DNA of 64,000 nt from an uncultured Chloroflexia bacterium (lineage in GTDB: Bacteria > Chloroflexota > Limnocylindria > Limnocylindrales > CSP1-4). The stretch lies in the NCBI GenBank assembly GCA_963762445.1, contig CAVXLA010000010.1:151787-215786 (forward strand), written 5' to 3'. A program made the position numbers and the translations under genes. Shown here piece after piece: positions 35,728-46,372 of the stretch (position 1 is the first letter of the stretch; each line of letters starts with the position of its first letter). The notes beneath the pieces are model-generated. The model was not told the origin of the DNA and made no database searches. It worked only from the letters and a program-made list of their open reading frames with translations.

Positions 35728-38700
35728 TTGTGCCCGCCACACGAGTCGGAGGCTGACGCGCTCGTGCTCGCCCTCTCTCGCGGGAAGGCGCAAGCGGTCC
35801 TCCAGGCTGAGGCCCTTGCCGATGACTTCGAGGGTTGGCTCGGGATCACGGATGAGGTCGCCCGGGACTACGCAGGGCGCTTCGTCACGGAGCTGATCCA
35901 GAACGCGCACGACGCCCACGACCCCGAGCGCACAGACGGCGAGATCGACATCGTCTTCGATCCCCGCGAAGGACCGTCGGGCACCCTATACGTCGCGAAC
36001 AAGGGTCGCCCGTTCAACTACGGGGACCTGTGCTCGATCTCCGTGCTCGCGAGGTCGTCGAAGCACCCGGGTCAGGGCATCGGCAACAAGGGCGTGGGCT
36101 TCAAGTCCGTCTTTCTCGTGTCCGATGCGCCCGAGGTCTATCTCGGCCGGGGCCAACCGGCGCGATGGCGCCCTGGACGGCTTCTGCTTCACGTTCGCGA
36201 CGCCGCAAGGACTACCTGACGCTTGCTGGCGACGACGCGGCCGCGGCCGACCGCTCGCAGAAGCGGCGCCACCACAGCGGCCTGCCGATGCCGCTGACCC
36301 GCGAGGGCAACGCCACCGTCAGGTCGCTCGCCGCCCGCGGCCACAACGTGGTGATCCGCCTCCCGATCCGTAGGAAGGCGACGGGCGATGTGCAGCGGCA
36401 ACTGCAGGAGCTGGTGAGCGGCGGGGCGCCGATGCTGCTCTTCTTCGACCGTATCCGGCGGCTCCATGTCGACGTCCGCGGTGGCGAGCCAGCGACGCTT
36501 GAGCGCAGAGCGGAGCCCGTTCTTGCGGATGGGAGAACTCCACCTAGAGCGGGTCAGGCTCGGGGCGCAGGGTACCTACCTTTGTTCGACCGCCGAGGTC
36601 CCGGCCAACCGCTTCAAGACGGCCATCCGCGACAGCGTCGATCAGGGCCGCATCGACGCCCGCTGGCTCGAGTGGTCGGAACCGGCCGCAGTGTCCGTCG
36701 CGGTGCGGACGGACGAGGTCGAAACCGACGATCGGCTGTATTGCTTCTTGCCGATGGGCGCGGACGCCCAGTCGCCGTTCCAAGGTCATGTCAACGCGCC
36801 CTTCTCTGTCGCCATCGCCCGGAAGGCACTCGTCGAGGAGACGCCACTCAACGAGCTGCTGCTCGATGCGGCCGCCGAGCTCGCTTGCAGGACCGCAGCG
36901 GCGATTGCCACGACGTCCTGGGGCAGGGTTGCGGCCGCGGACCTCATCGCATGGAAGCCCGAAGGCGTCGAGTCGCCTGCTTGACCGCTGCGGCACGAGA
37001 GCCGGATCAACCTCGAGAGGAAGCCGCTGCTCGCGATCCTGCCGGGAGTCGCCCTGGGATCTTGAAGACGGCCTGGGCATGGACTGCCGAGGAACTCACG
37101 GTGATGACGCCCGCCACGTTGGCACAGGCGAAGGTCGAGGTGCTCGATCCGGGGCTCGGGCACGACCGGGTACAACGGCTTGCGGTGTTCGCTCAGGCGG
37201 CCTTCCTCCGGGTGATGGAGACCTGGACGCGGGTGACATTGCACGGTGGGCAGAGGGTGTAGCCCAGGTCTTGGCAAGCGCCGAGCACGGCCGTCGCAAG
37301 CTCGACGCGTCCAGGTGGCTCGCGTTCTATGACGATCTCGCTGCCCTTGCTGGTACCCGTCCTCGAACTGCCGCTACACCTAGCGAACCGACGGATTGTC
37401 ATCGACGACCATCTGCGCCTACTCCCGTGCCGCGGGTCGGCCGCGGGAAAGCGCGCCCGCGGCGACTTCACCGTGTTCTTCCGACCCGGCTCGACCGTGG
37501 ATGATGAAGGGGATGACGCGCCAGGTGACCTCGAGCTTCCGACATCCCTCGAGGCTCGCCTCGCATTCCCACACTCGTCGTTGCGTTGGCTCGAGGTCAC
37601 CCCACAGGGCCGGGTCAACCGGCCAGGCCGCGACCTGTTGGAGGATGCGGGTGTTCGCCAGTGGCGCCTGGAGGACCTCTACCCCGAGGTTGGGGCGCTC
37701 GTGAGGCTCGAGTCAGGACGAGCGCGTGTGGGCCGATGCCTTGCGGTTCGTCTTCGCGGCATATCGGCGGACCCTCCGGTCGCGAGCAACCGACGTGACC
37801 CCTGCGAACCTCTGCGTACCGACAGCCGACGGATCATGGAGGCCGGCCCGCGACGCCCGATTCGGGAAGGGCTGGCCCGAGGCAACACTCGGTCCCGACC
37901 TCGCATCGTTCGTCGCACTGGCCGGGGACGACCCGGAGATCGAACAGCTGCCGGTCTCGCCTGCTCGCTCCCTTCGACGGCCGGCGGTATCGCGGCACCC
38001 CCGCGGAGTGGGCTGCGTTCCTGACGGCAGCCGGTGTCGCCACGGGCCTGGCACCCGACAACCTCGTTCCGCGAACGCTGCAGCTGCCCAAGTGGCAGTT
38101 CCGCTCGAGCCACCTGTTGGAGTACCTCGGCCTGTCGCGAGAGCGCGACAGGGCGTGGGCGCATGCGATCGACGCTGCGCCGCAGCCGACACGACGCAGC
38201 CCCTGGACGATGCGAGGACCGGTCTATCGGATTCCGGGTCAGGGTGCGCTGACGACCCTGACCCCCGAGGCGCGGCACCGTTTCGCGGATCTGATCCTCG
38301 CCGGACTGCCGACCTGGCCACCGACGTCTTCCATACGGAGAATCGAGTCGGTGCGCTGGCCGTCGCCCGTGTTCTCCTTCCTGCAGACGGCCGCTTGGCT
38401 TCCAGTCAGCCGGCCGTCGGCTCCGCTCCACGTTTCGTCACAGTGTCCGACGCATGGCACCACATTGAGGACGACGGTGGCGTTCCCGTGTACGCGGAGC
38501 TTTTGCTGCGGTCCGTCCGCGCGAGGATCGGGGCACACCCACTCCTCTGGGACCGCCTCCGCGAGCTCGGGGTGAAGGAGTGGGGCGATCCCCAGTGTGC
38601 GGCGGCGCGCCTGAAGGTCCTTACGGATCTCGCTGACACTGACCTCCCCGACAACCACCGGCAGTATGTCCGACGGGCGTATGAGCGATCATGGTCAAGC

Positions 38701-41113
38701 GTCGTCAGCCCTCAAGCTCCAGCTGCCGTGGACGAATGCCCGCCGCTCTTGGTTACCGTCAAGGGACGCCTGGCGGTACACGACCCCCGCCAACAGCGCG
38801 GCAAGGTCTACCTGCTCACGTGGCGGGATGCGCTCGCGGAGAAGCTGGTCGACGAGCGATCGGTCGCTCGCCTTCGGGTGGAGCCAAAGGATGCAGAGCG
38901 ACGTCGCCACGTTGCTGCGGCCATCGCTTGGTGACCGCCTGATCGAGGTCGGGCGACGCGACATCACCGTCTCGATCGGGAGCCAGGTCGTCCGGCCGTC
39001 AGCCGCCGACCCGGCCCTGGTCACTGCCCAGCGCGCATGGCTCGCCGACCTACTCGCGATCACACTCAATCTCGTCTTCCGCACCGACGTGACGCCCCAG
39101 ACCACCGCTCGCGCCGTTGGCAAGCTCCGCAGGATCCGGCTCCGCTTCGGTAGTCCGATCAAGGTGGCGGTCCGGAACACAGGCCTCGGGGACACCGACG
39201 GCGCCGTATCAGCGGTGCCCGTCGACGACGACCGGCTCCCTACGATCGTTGTCGCGGGCGACGGAGGCGCCGAAGCGAAAGCGCTCCGGTGGCCGCAGCT
39301 TGAGGCGATGTCCTCCGCCATCGCTGAGCTGGTGGGCTATCCATCGGCCGATGTCGCACTGCGGTTCGCCATCTCCAAGCTGGCAGGCGGCAGCCCGGGT
39401 CCGGTGACCCGTCCTAACGAGGAGACCTACGCGTCGGCGCTCGGAATCCGAGAAGCGGCAGTGCGCGAAGTGCTGCTTGCGAACCGCGACTTGCTGAACC
39501 GGCTGGTCTTCGTCCTTCGTCCCGTCGTCCGCTGCCTCGGAAGCAGCCGGACCCTCAAGGCCCTGGACGGCGGCGGCGAGGACGGTCCGTCCGAGCGGCG
39601 CCTGCTCGAGCTCTTCGCGCAGCTGCGGCTCCCCGGCGGCTGGACTCCGGAGTCGCTGCTCGCCGCCGCTCGCGAGGCGGACACGCCGACGGACCTGCGC
39701 GATCGGCTGGGGATCCCGTTTGGCGAGTTCAACGCCGCGCTCGAGGCATTGGGTGGTCCATACGAGCCTGACCGGCAGCGCGACATCCATGAGGCGGAAT
39801 TCGCACGCTGGCTGAGGATGGCCATGAGCGGATCGCCCTGACGCTACGCGCCGCTGCGCTGCCCTCGTTCGACGAAGGCTCAATCCCCGCGTGGTACCCG
39901 GCAGCACTCGCGGAGTTGGACCGGGCGCGTCGCCTCGGTCCGGCCGCGGAACGCCCAAATGTCGCACGTCTCACCGCGGATCCCACCTGGCTCGACCAGA
40001 TGCGAGTCCCGACGCCCGATGTGATGCGGGAGCGTCTCGGGTCCTGGCTCTCGACCTTCGGGATCTCAGCCCCCTCCGGCCGAGTCCCGGGACTGCGCAA
40101 GCTCGCCGACGTACGAGCGGCAAACACCACGACCGTCGATCATCTCTCGCGAGCGGCCGCCCCGCTGGTCTTCGCCTGGTGCAGGATCCACGACACTGAA
40201 GCACCGAGTTGGGCGTCCGGCGGACCCAGGGCACTCTCCCTCGAGCTCCAGCACAACGGCGTGCTGGACTTTCGAAAGCTGGACCTGGCAGCCGTCCTCG
40301 ACTGGTTGCCGAAGGTCGCCGGGACATGGCCAGCCTCGATGCCGCTCACTCGCGATCCGGATAGGCTCGGCCTGACCCGCAACCAGGTGTCGGCCGCGGC
40401 TGCCGAGCTGGCGAACCAAGGCGAACCTTCCAAGGCAAAGGTGAGGCGGTCTGTGCCGCTGGACGGACACGAAGTCTCGCTCGCCGACGACGGTGCTGCA
40501 GACCTTCTTGCTCGCGTCGACGGGTCGCTCGGCAGCCTCCTCGAGGTGCCGCCAGAGATCGCCCAAACCGGACCGCTGCCAGAGGGGCGAGGCGATGGTG
40601 GCGGTCGGGGAGGACGCGGCGGTGCCGCCAGCGAGACGAGCCTGTCTGACGCCCAGCGCGAGATCATTGGGTTCATCGGGGAGTTGGTCGCCTATCGGTG
40701 GCTGTGTCGCCACCTGGGCGACGGACGCGTCACCTGGTGCTCCGGCCTCGCCCTGTCATTACGACGCGACGCTCCCCGGTGAACGACAGCCTCGGCTACG
40801 ACATGCGCGTCGTCGACCCCGGGATCCTCGCCGGCGGCGAAGGGCTAGCGCGCCAGCTCTTCATCGAGGTCAAGGCCGTTGGCGAGCCGCGGCCTGGTCG
40901 TCCCGTCTCGTTCAGCCTCACACGTATCGAGGTCGAGTTCGCGCAGGAGCACGCTGACGACGGCAGCTACTTCATCCTCGTGGTCGCGAACGCGCTGAAG
41001 AGCGAGCAGCCGGACGCATCCATCTGCTCCCGAACCCATTCTCCGCCGCGGGTCGCAAGGTCTTCCGGGACATGTCGGACACGCGGACGATGCTGTTCAA
41101 CCTGGCGGGCTAG
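35728..41113 (+). pseudogene. Giant (~1800 aa) GHKL/Bergerat-fold ATPase (sacsin/MORC-like N-terminus) with a C-terminal DUF3883-like nuclease module; at least 13 frame changes as assembled
   Basis: Pieces lie in ORFs 35728..36219, 36125..36373, 36030..37262, 36466..36984, 36788..37504, 37329..38024, 37726..38934, 38117..38575, 38666..39841, 39916..40782 and 40698..41225, plus a hand-read last frame (..IHLLPNPFSAAGRKVFRDMSDTRTMLFNLAG, TAG 41111). Motifs: FVTELIQNAHDA (35890), LYVANKGRPF, GQGIGNKGVGFKSVFLVSD. C-terminus: REIIGFIGELVAYRWL...SLGYDMRVV...LFIEVKAV...FSLTRIEVEFA...YFILVVAN. The start is uncertain: TTG 35728, or ATG 35679 with one more frame change. Confidence 0.7.
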
Positions 41114-41297
41114 CGAACCTGATCGCCTTTGTCGGGGCTCGTCTCTATCGAAGTCAGCGCGGCTCAGGCTAGTCTCCCGGCTCTTTTCGCCGCCGGATGT
41201 AGGCGAAGGTCCAGTCGGGCGGTGAGCACGCCACAGTCCCCCCGGCCCGCCCGGATCGGGACCTTCGGACCGGGTGGACCGGCGCACGCCCGCTGTT

Positions 41298-41314
41298 ATA
41301 CTCCGGGGGAGTAT
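41298..41314. promoter_or_regulatory. CsoR-operator-like 7-3-7 palindrome overlapping the copA start codon
   Basis: ATACTCC-GGG-GGAGTAT is a perfect inverted repeat. It has the ATAC..C-run/G-run..GTAT shape reported for CsoR operators in Gram-positive bacteria. ATG 41313 lies inside the right arm. Confidence 0.4.
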
Positions 41315-44130
41315 GAGCACCAGCGTCCCCACGGCCCCCGCCGTCCCTGCCGACCCAGGCCATCCCGCCAACCCTGCCCAGGCCCCCGTCGAGGTCTCGT
41401 TCCCGGTCGTCGGGATGACCTGCGCCTCGTGCAGCAACCGGATCGAGCGGTTCCTGCGCAAGACGGACGGCGTCGTCGAGGCCAACGTGAACCTTGCGAC
41501 CGAGGTCGCCACCGTCCGCTACCTGCCCGAGGCTGTCGGGCGGGCCGAGCTCGTCGGGGCGATCGAAAAGGCCGGCTACGACGTCCGGCCGGGCTCGCTC
41601 GAGGCGGCCGAGGTGCGGGCGACGGGCGGCGCTGCGGCCACGACGGCCGTGGACGCCGAGCTCGACGAGACGGAGCGGATCCGCGCCCGCGAGCAGCGCG
41701 AGCTCGCGATCCAGTCGGCGGTCGGCATCGTCGTCGCGATCGGGATCATGGTCCTGATGTTCGGCCCGTTCCCGCTCGCGATGGCCGACGTCAACCGGTT
41801 GGTGCTCTGGCCGGCCACCTTCGTCCAGCTCTGGGCCGGTCGCCGCTTCTACGAGGCGGCCTGGAAGAGCGCCCGCCATGGCGGGACGAACATGAGCACG
41901 CTCGTCGCGGTCGGCACGAGCGCGGCCTGGGGCTACTCGGTCTTCGTGACGATGTACCCCGAGGTGATCATGCGGGCCGGCCTGCCCGCCGAGACCTACT
42001 TCGACTCCTCGGCGATCATCATCGGGCTGATCCTGCTCGGGAAGTGGCTCGAATTGCGGGCCAAGGGCCGCACGACCGGCGCGATCCAACGGCTGGTCGG
42101 GCTCCAGGCGAAGACGGCCCGGCTCGTCCGCGCGGACGGCGACGTCGACGTCGCCATCGAGCAGGTCGAGCCGGGCGACCTCCTGCGCGTCCGCCCTGGC
42201 GAGAAGGTCCCGGTCGACGGGGTCGTGGCCGAGGGCTCGAGCGCGGTCGACGAGGCGATGCTCACCGGTGAGGCGATGCCGGTCACGAAGGGCCCCGGCG
42301 ACGAGGTGATCGGGGCCACCCTCAACACCACCGGCAGCTTCGTCATGCGGGCGACGCGCGTCGGGCGCGACACCGCGCTGGCCCAGATCGTGGAGATGGT
42401 CCGCCGCGCCCAGGGCAGCAAGGCGCCCATCCAGCGGCTCGCCGACCAGATCAGCGGCGTCTTCGTCCCGGTCGTGCTCGCGGTGGCCGCGGCGACCTTC
42501 GCCCTCTGGTGGCTCCTGGGCCCCGAGCCGAAGGTGACCCTCGCGCTGGCCGCCTTCATCACCGTCGTGATCATCGCCTGCCCCTGCGCCATGGGCCTCG
42601 CCACGCCCACCGCGATCATGGTCGGCACGGGGCGCGGCGCCGAGGCCGGGATCCTCGTCCGCGGCGGCGAGGCGCTCGAGAACGCCCACCGGGTGACGGC
42701 GGTCATCCTCGACAAGACGGGGACGCTCACGCGGGGCAAGCCGGCCGTCGCCGAGGTGATTCCCGCGGGCGGCCTGGCCGAGGACGACCTGCTGCGCCTG
42801 GCCGCGGCCGTCGAGGCGGGCTCGGAGCACCCGCTGGCGGGCGCGATCCTGCTCGCCGCGCGCGAACGCCGGCTCGCCTTCCCGGGTGGCGACGCCTTCG
42901 TGGCGACCCCGGGCGGCGGCGCCGAGGCGAACGTCGAGGGGCGCGCCGTCCTCGTCGGCAGCGCCCGCTTCCTCTCCGAGCGCGGTGTCGACCTGGGTGC
43001 CCTGGGCGCGGCCGGCGAAGCCCAGGCGGCGGACGGGTGCACGCCGGTCTTCGTCTCGGTCGACGGCGTCTCTGTCGGCCTCATCGCCATCGCCGACCCG
43101 GTGAAGCCAGAGTCGGCCGAGGCCGTGCGCGCTCTCGGGGCTGCCGGCATCGAGGCCTGGCTGGTCACCGGCGACCACCGCGGGACGGCGCTCGCGGTCG
43201 CGGCCAGGGTGGGGATCCCGCCCGAGCGCGTCCGGGCACAGGTGCTCCCCGGGGACAAGGCGGGGGTCGTCGAGGAGCTGCGCGCGCGCGGCAAGGTCGT
43301 GGCCATGGTCGGCGACGGGATCAACGACGCCCCGGCCCTCGCGATGGCGGACCTCGGCGTGGCGATCGGGACCGGCGCCGACGTGGCAATCGAAGCCTCC
43401 GACGTCACCCTCGTCGGCGGCGACCCTCGCGGGGTGGTCGCGGCGATCGCGCTCTCGCGGCGCACGATGGCCGTCATCCGCCAGAACCTGTTCTGGGCCT
43501 TCGCCTACAACGTGGCCCTCATCCCGATCGCCATGGGCGTCTCTCTTCCCGTTCTTCGGGATCACGATCAACCCGGCGATGGCCGCGGGCGCGATGGCCC
43601 TCTCGTCGGTGAGCGTCATCTCCAACTCGCTGCGCCTGCGCGGCTACGACCCGCGACCGGCCGCGGTGCTCACGGCCGCGCGCCACCGGACGTGGACCCG
43701 GGTGCGCGACGCCGCGTACCTCGCCGTGATCGCCGGGCTGGCGGTGGGGGTCGCGGCCGCCGTGATCGGCGTCAACCGCTGGCTGGACGGGGCTGCCGTG
43801 CCGGTCTCTGTGCGGGCGTCCGCGCTGGACGGCCCGGCGCCCGTGTATCAGTTGGCCGCCGGCGAGCAGGTCCGGGTCACCTTCACCAACGACGCGGACA
43901 CGCTCCTGGTCTGCACCCTGCCCGGTGTCCCGAAGCTGGAGCTGAACCCGCGACCCGGCCAGGAGCAGGCGGCGCGGTTCGCCCTCGGCCAGCCCGGGAT
44001 GTACACGCTCTCCTGCGCACCGCTGGAGCAGACGGCGTCGGTGGGGGATGCGGCCGATGCGCCGGGCGGCCAGGCGGCCGGCATGGGTGGCGGGCCCACG
44101 ATGGAGGCTTCCGTCTTCGAGGTCCGGTAG
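41313..44130 (+). pseudogene. copA: Copper-translocating P1B-type ATPase with an extra C-terminal TM helix and cupredoxin-like domain; one frameshift as assembled
   Basis: ORF 41274..44378 from ATG 41313. [12 protein letters not shown] metal-binding domain, CPC ([13 protein letters not shown]), [15 protein letters not shown]. The frame changes near 43540-43545 into ORF 43579..44130 ([32 protein letters not shown]...), which continues ~165 aa beyond the usual CopA end. Confidence 0.85.
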
Positions 44131-44134
44131 GCGC

Positions 44135-45394
44135 TCAGGCCTCCTCGCGCAGCGGCGTCGGGCGGGTCTCGAGCAGGACGCTCCCGATCCGCGGCGCCGC
44201 CGGTCGCCCGGGCGCAGCACGGTCGTCCGTCCTGACGCGCACGCCACTGGCCATGCGCAGGCGCTCGTCGCGCTCGAGCAGCGCCAGGAAGAGACGCACG
44301 AGCTCGGGGTCGAATCGGATGCCGGCGAAGTGCCGGAGCTCGTCGAACGCCCGCTCTGGAGAGGCCGCCAGCTTGTAGGGCCGGTCATGGGTCATCGCGT
44401 CGTAGGCATCGGCGATCCGGACGATGCGGGCCTCGAGCGGGATGGCGTCGCCGCGCAAGCCGTCCGGGTAGCCACGTCCATCGAAGTCCTCGTGGTGCCA
44501 GCGGGCGATCCGTCGGGCGACCTCGAAGCCGATGCCGCCCTGGAGGATCTGCTCGCCCCAGACCGGGTGCCGGCGCATGACCTTCCATTCGTCGGGCGTG
44601 AGCGGTGCGCGCTTGAGAAGGATCTGATCCGGGATGTGCAGCTTGCCGATGTCGTGGAGCATCGCCGCCCACCCGATGTCGTCCGCGCGGCCCCGCGCCA
44701 GGCCGGTCTCGAGGGCGAGGGCGGTCGCGAGGGCGCGACACCGGAAGATGTGCTCGCCGGTCGCGTTGTCCCGTGCCTCCGCGCCGCGGGCGAGGGCGAC
44801 CATGCCTTCCTGCTGGCGCTGCGCGATCTCGATGGTGGCGCTCTCCAGCCCGCCGACGGCGCGCTGGAGGCGATCGAAGAGAGCGCCGACGGCCAGGCCA
44901 ACCACCATGAACATGAGGCCCCGCGACACCCAGGCCATCGTGTCCTCCGTCCCGCCGGGCAGTCGGAACACGGCGGCGGCCGGGCCGAGCAGCAAGGCCA
45001 CGCCCACGGCCGTCGCCAGCGCGGCTCGCGCCCCGAACAGGTAGGCGCCGAGGAGGACCGGGAGGTAGCCGAGGTGGTTCAGCGGGTTCGGCGAACCGCC
45101 GGTTGCCCGGACGACCCCGAATGCGAGCAGGGAAACGCCGACGACGGCCGACCACCCGGTGACCGGCGTCACCGGCCGCGGCAGGGTGGCCGGCGCGAGC
45201 TCCCGACCACGGGAGGCCGCCCAGGAGGCGATGCCCCAGGTCCAGGCGCGTGGCTTCGGCGCGCCTCCAGGCGCTTCGTCGTCCCAGCGACGCCGGGGCG
45301 TTGCCGCGCCTCCCCGGGGCGTTGTCTCGCCTCCCCGGGGCATTGCCTCGCCTCCGATCGCGTCGCCGGCGGATCCCCCGGGAGGACTACCCAC
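44135..45394 (-). CDS. HD-GYP domain phosphodiesterase-like protein with an N-terminal membrane region
   Basis: ORF 44135..45394(-). ...[41 protein letters not shown]...[41 protein letters not shown]. Several TM helices lie upstream. The start codon is uncertain (N-terminus is repeat-rich and R/P/G-rich). Confidence 0.8.
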   Translation of the reverse strand: MGSPPGGSAGDAIGGEAMPRGGETTPRGGAATPRRRWDDEAPGGAPKPRAWTWGIASWAASRGRELAPATLPRPVTPVTGWSAVVGVSLLAFGVVRATGGSPNPLNHLGYLPVLLGAYLFGARAALATAVGVALLLGPAAAVFRLPGGTEDTMAWVSRGLMFMVVGLAVGALFDRLQRAVGGLESATIEIAQRQQEGMVALARGAEARDNATGEHIFRCRALATALALETGLARGRADDIGWAAMLHDIGKLHIPDQILLKRAPLTPDEWKVMRRHPVWGEQILQGGIGFEVARRIARWHHEDFDGRGYPDGLRGDAIPLEARIVRIADAYDAMTHDRPYKLAASPERAFDELRHFAGIRFDPELVRLFLALLERDERLRMASGVRVRTDDRAAPGRPAAPRIGSVLLETRPTPLREEA

Positions 45395-45847
45395 CGGGCT
45401 CCCGGGTCGACCATGCCAGCCCGTCGTGCGGGAAGTAGGTGACGGTCAGGCTGCATTCACGGATCCGACGGACCCCGAGGACGAGCGCGACAGCCGCGGC
45501 CTGCCAGGGCGGGTGGCAGGGCAGCCACCGCGATGGCCGCAAGCCCCGTCGCCACGAGGAGCCACAGGATGCCCGTCGGCGCGGGGCACACGGTGTCCCG
45601 GCTCGTCCACCCCACCCGGTACTCGGCGCTCAGCTTCGAGGCATCGGCGCGCATCTTGGCGAACGCCCCGCCGGGCGTCGGCGCCTGGTACACGCGGTCC
45701 ACGCCGTGTTCGCCTCCGCGGCTCGCGACAGACTGACTGACGCGCATTGTATGACCACGGTGTCAAGTCCTGCTGTACCGGCGCGCGGGAGAACATCACC
45801 GCCGGGCCGGCAGACGCTGTCGAACTTCCTGAGTGCGCGGAGGGCCG

Positions 45848-45973
45848 CTACCGGGGGAACGGCCCTCCGGTTCCATCGGCGAGGACCGTCGCGACGAGGG
45901 CGAGGGCCGAGAGGATGCCGATCAGGAGGGAGCTGGTCAGGACACGAAGCCGAGAGGACCTGGTCTGGTGCAT
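45848..45973 (-). CDS. Small (41 aa) putative membrane/secreted peptide
   Basis: Hand translation: MHQTRSSRLRVLTSSLLIGILSALALVATVLADGTGGPFPR. ATG 45973 is preceded by GGAAGGAG with 6-nt spacing. Too short for the ORF track. Confidence 0.35.
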   Translation of the reverse strand: MHQTRSSRLRVLTSSLLIGILSALALVATVLADGTGGPFPR

Positions 45974-46036
45974 CGGGATCTCCTTCCCGTCCACCCGACC
46001 CGGCGGGAGTTCGACGGGCAGAGTACGCTGTTCGCC

Positions 46037-46372
46037 ATGCGAATGTCAACTATTTCTAAACTCTCGCTGCTTCGGGCCGGCTCGCCCGCCCTGGTCGTCC
46101 TCGGCGCACGCGTCAGGCGCCTGCGCCTCGAGGCCGGGCTGACGCAGGCGGAGGCGGCCGGGCCGTTCAGCGCCGCCTACGTATCGGCGATCGAGCACGG
46201 GAAGATCATCCCGTCGCTCCCGGCGCTCGTGCTGCTGGCGACGCGCCTGGGGGTGACGCCGTCCGACCTCCTGACCGGCGTCAACTTCCTTGTGTCGACG
46301 GGGTACACTCCGGGTCATGCCGAGGCACTCGGGAATCAAGGTCGGAATCGAGCGATCGTCGGCGGGGGGTGA
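46037..46372 (+). CDS. XRE-family helix-turn-helix protein (111 aa)
   Basis: Tail of ORF 45833..46372 from ATG 46037. ...LGARVRRLRLEAGLTQAEAAGPFSAAYVSAIEHGKIIPSLPALVLLATRLGVTPSDLL. Confidence 0.7.
   Translation: MRMSTISKLSLLRAGSPALVVLGARVRRLRLEAGLTQAEAAGPFSAAYVSAIEHGKIIPSLPALVLLATRLGVTPSDLLTGVNFLVSTGYTPGHAEALGNQGRNRAIVGGG

Noticed and set aside
41169-43625. 818-aa minus-strand ORF opposite copA
   Set aside because: Antisense to a P-type ATPase with all canonical motifs. The product is low-complexity (R/D/G/A).
45439-46059. 206-aa plus-strand ORF between the HD-GYP and XRE genes
   Set aside because: It is R/P/G-rich with no RBS. It overlaps better-supported minus-strand small ORFs and the leader of the XRE gene.
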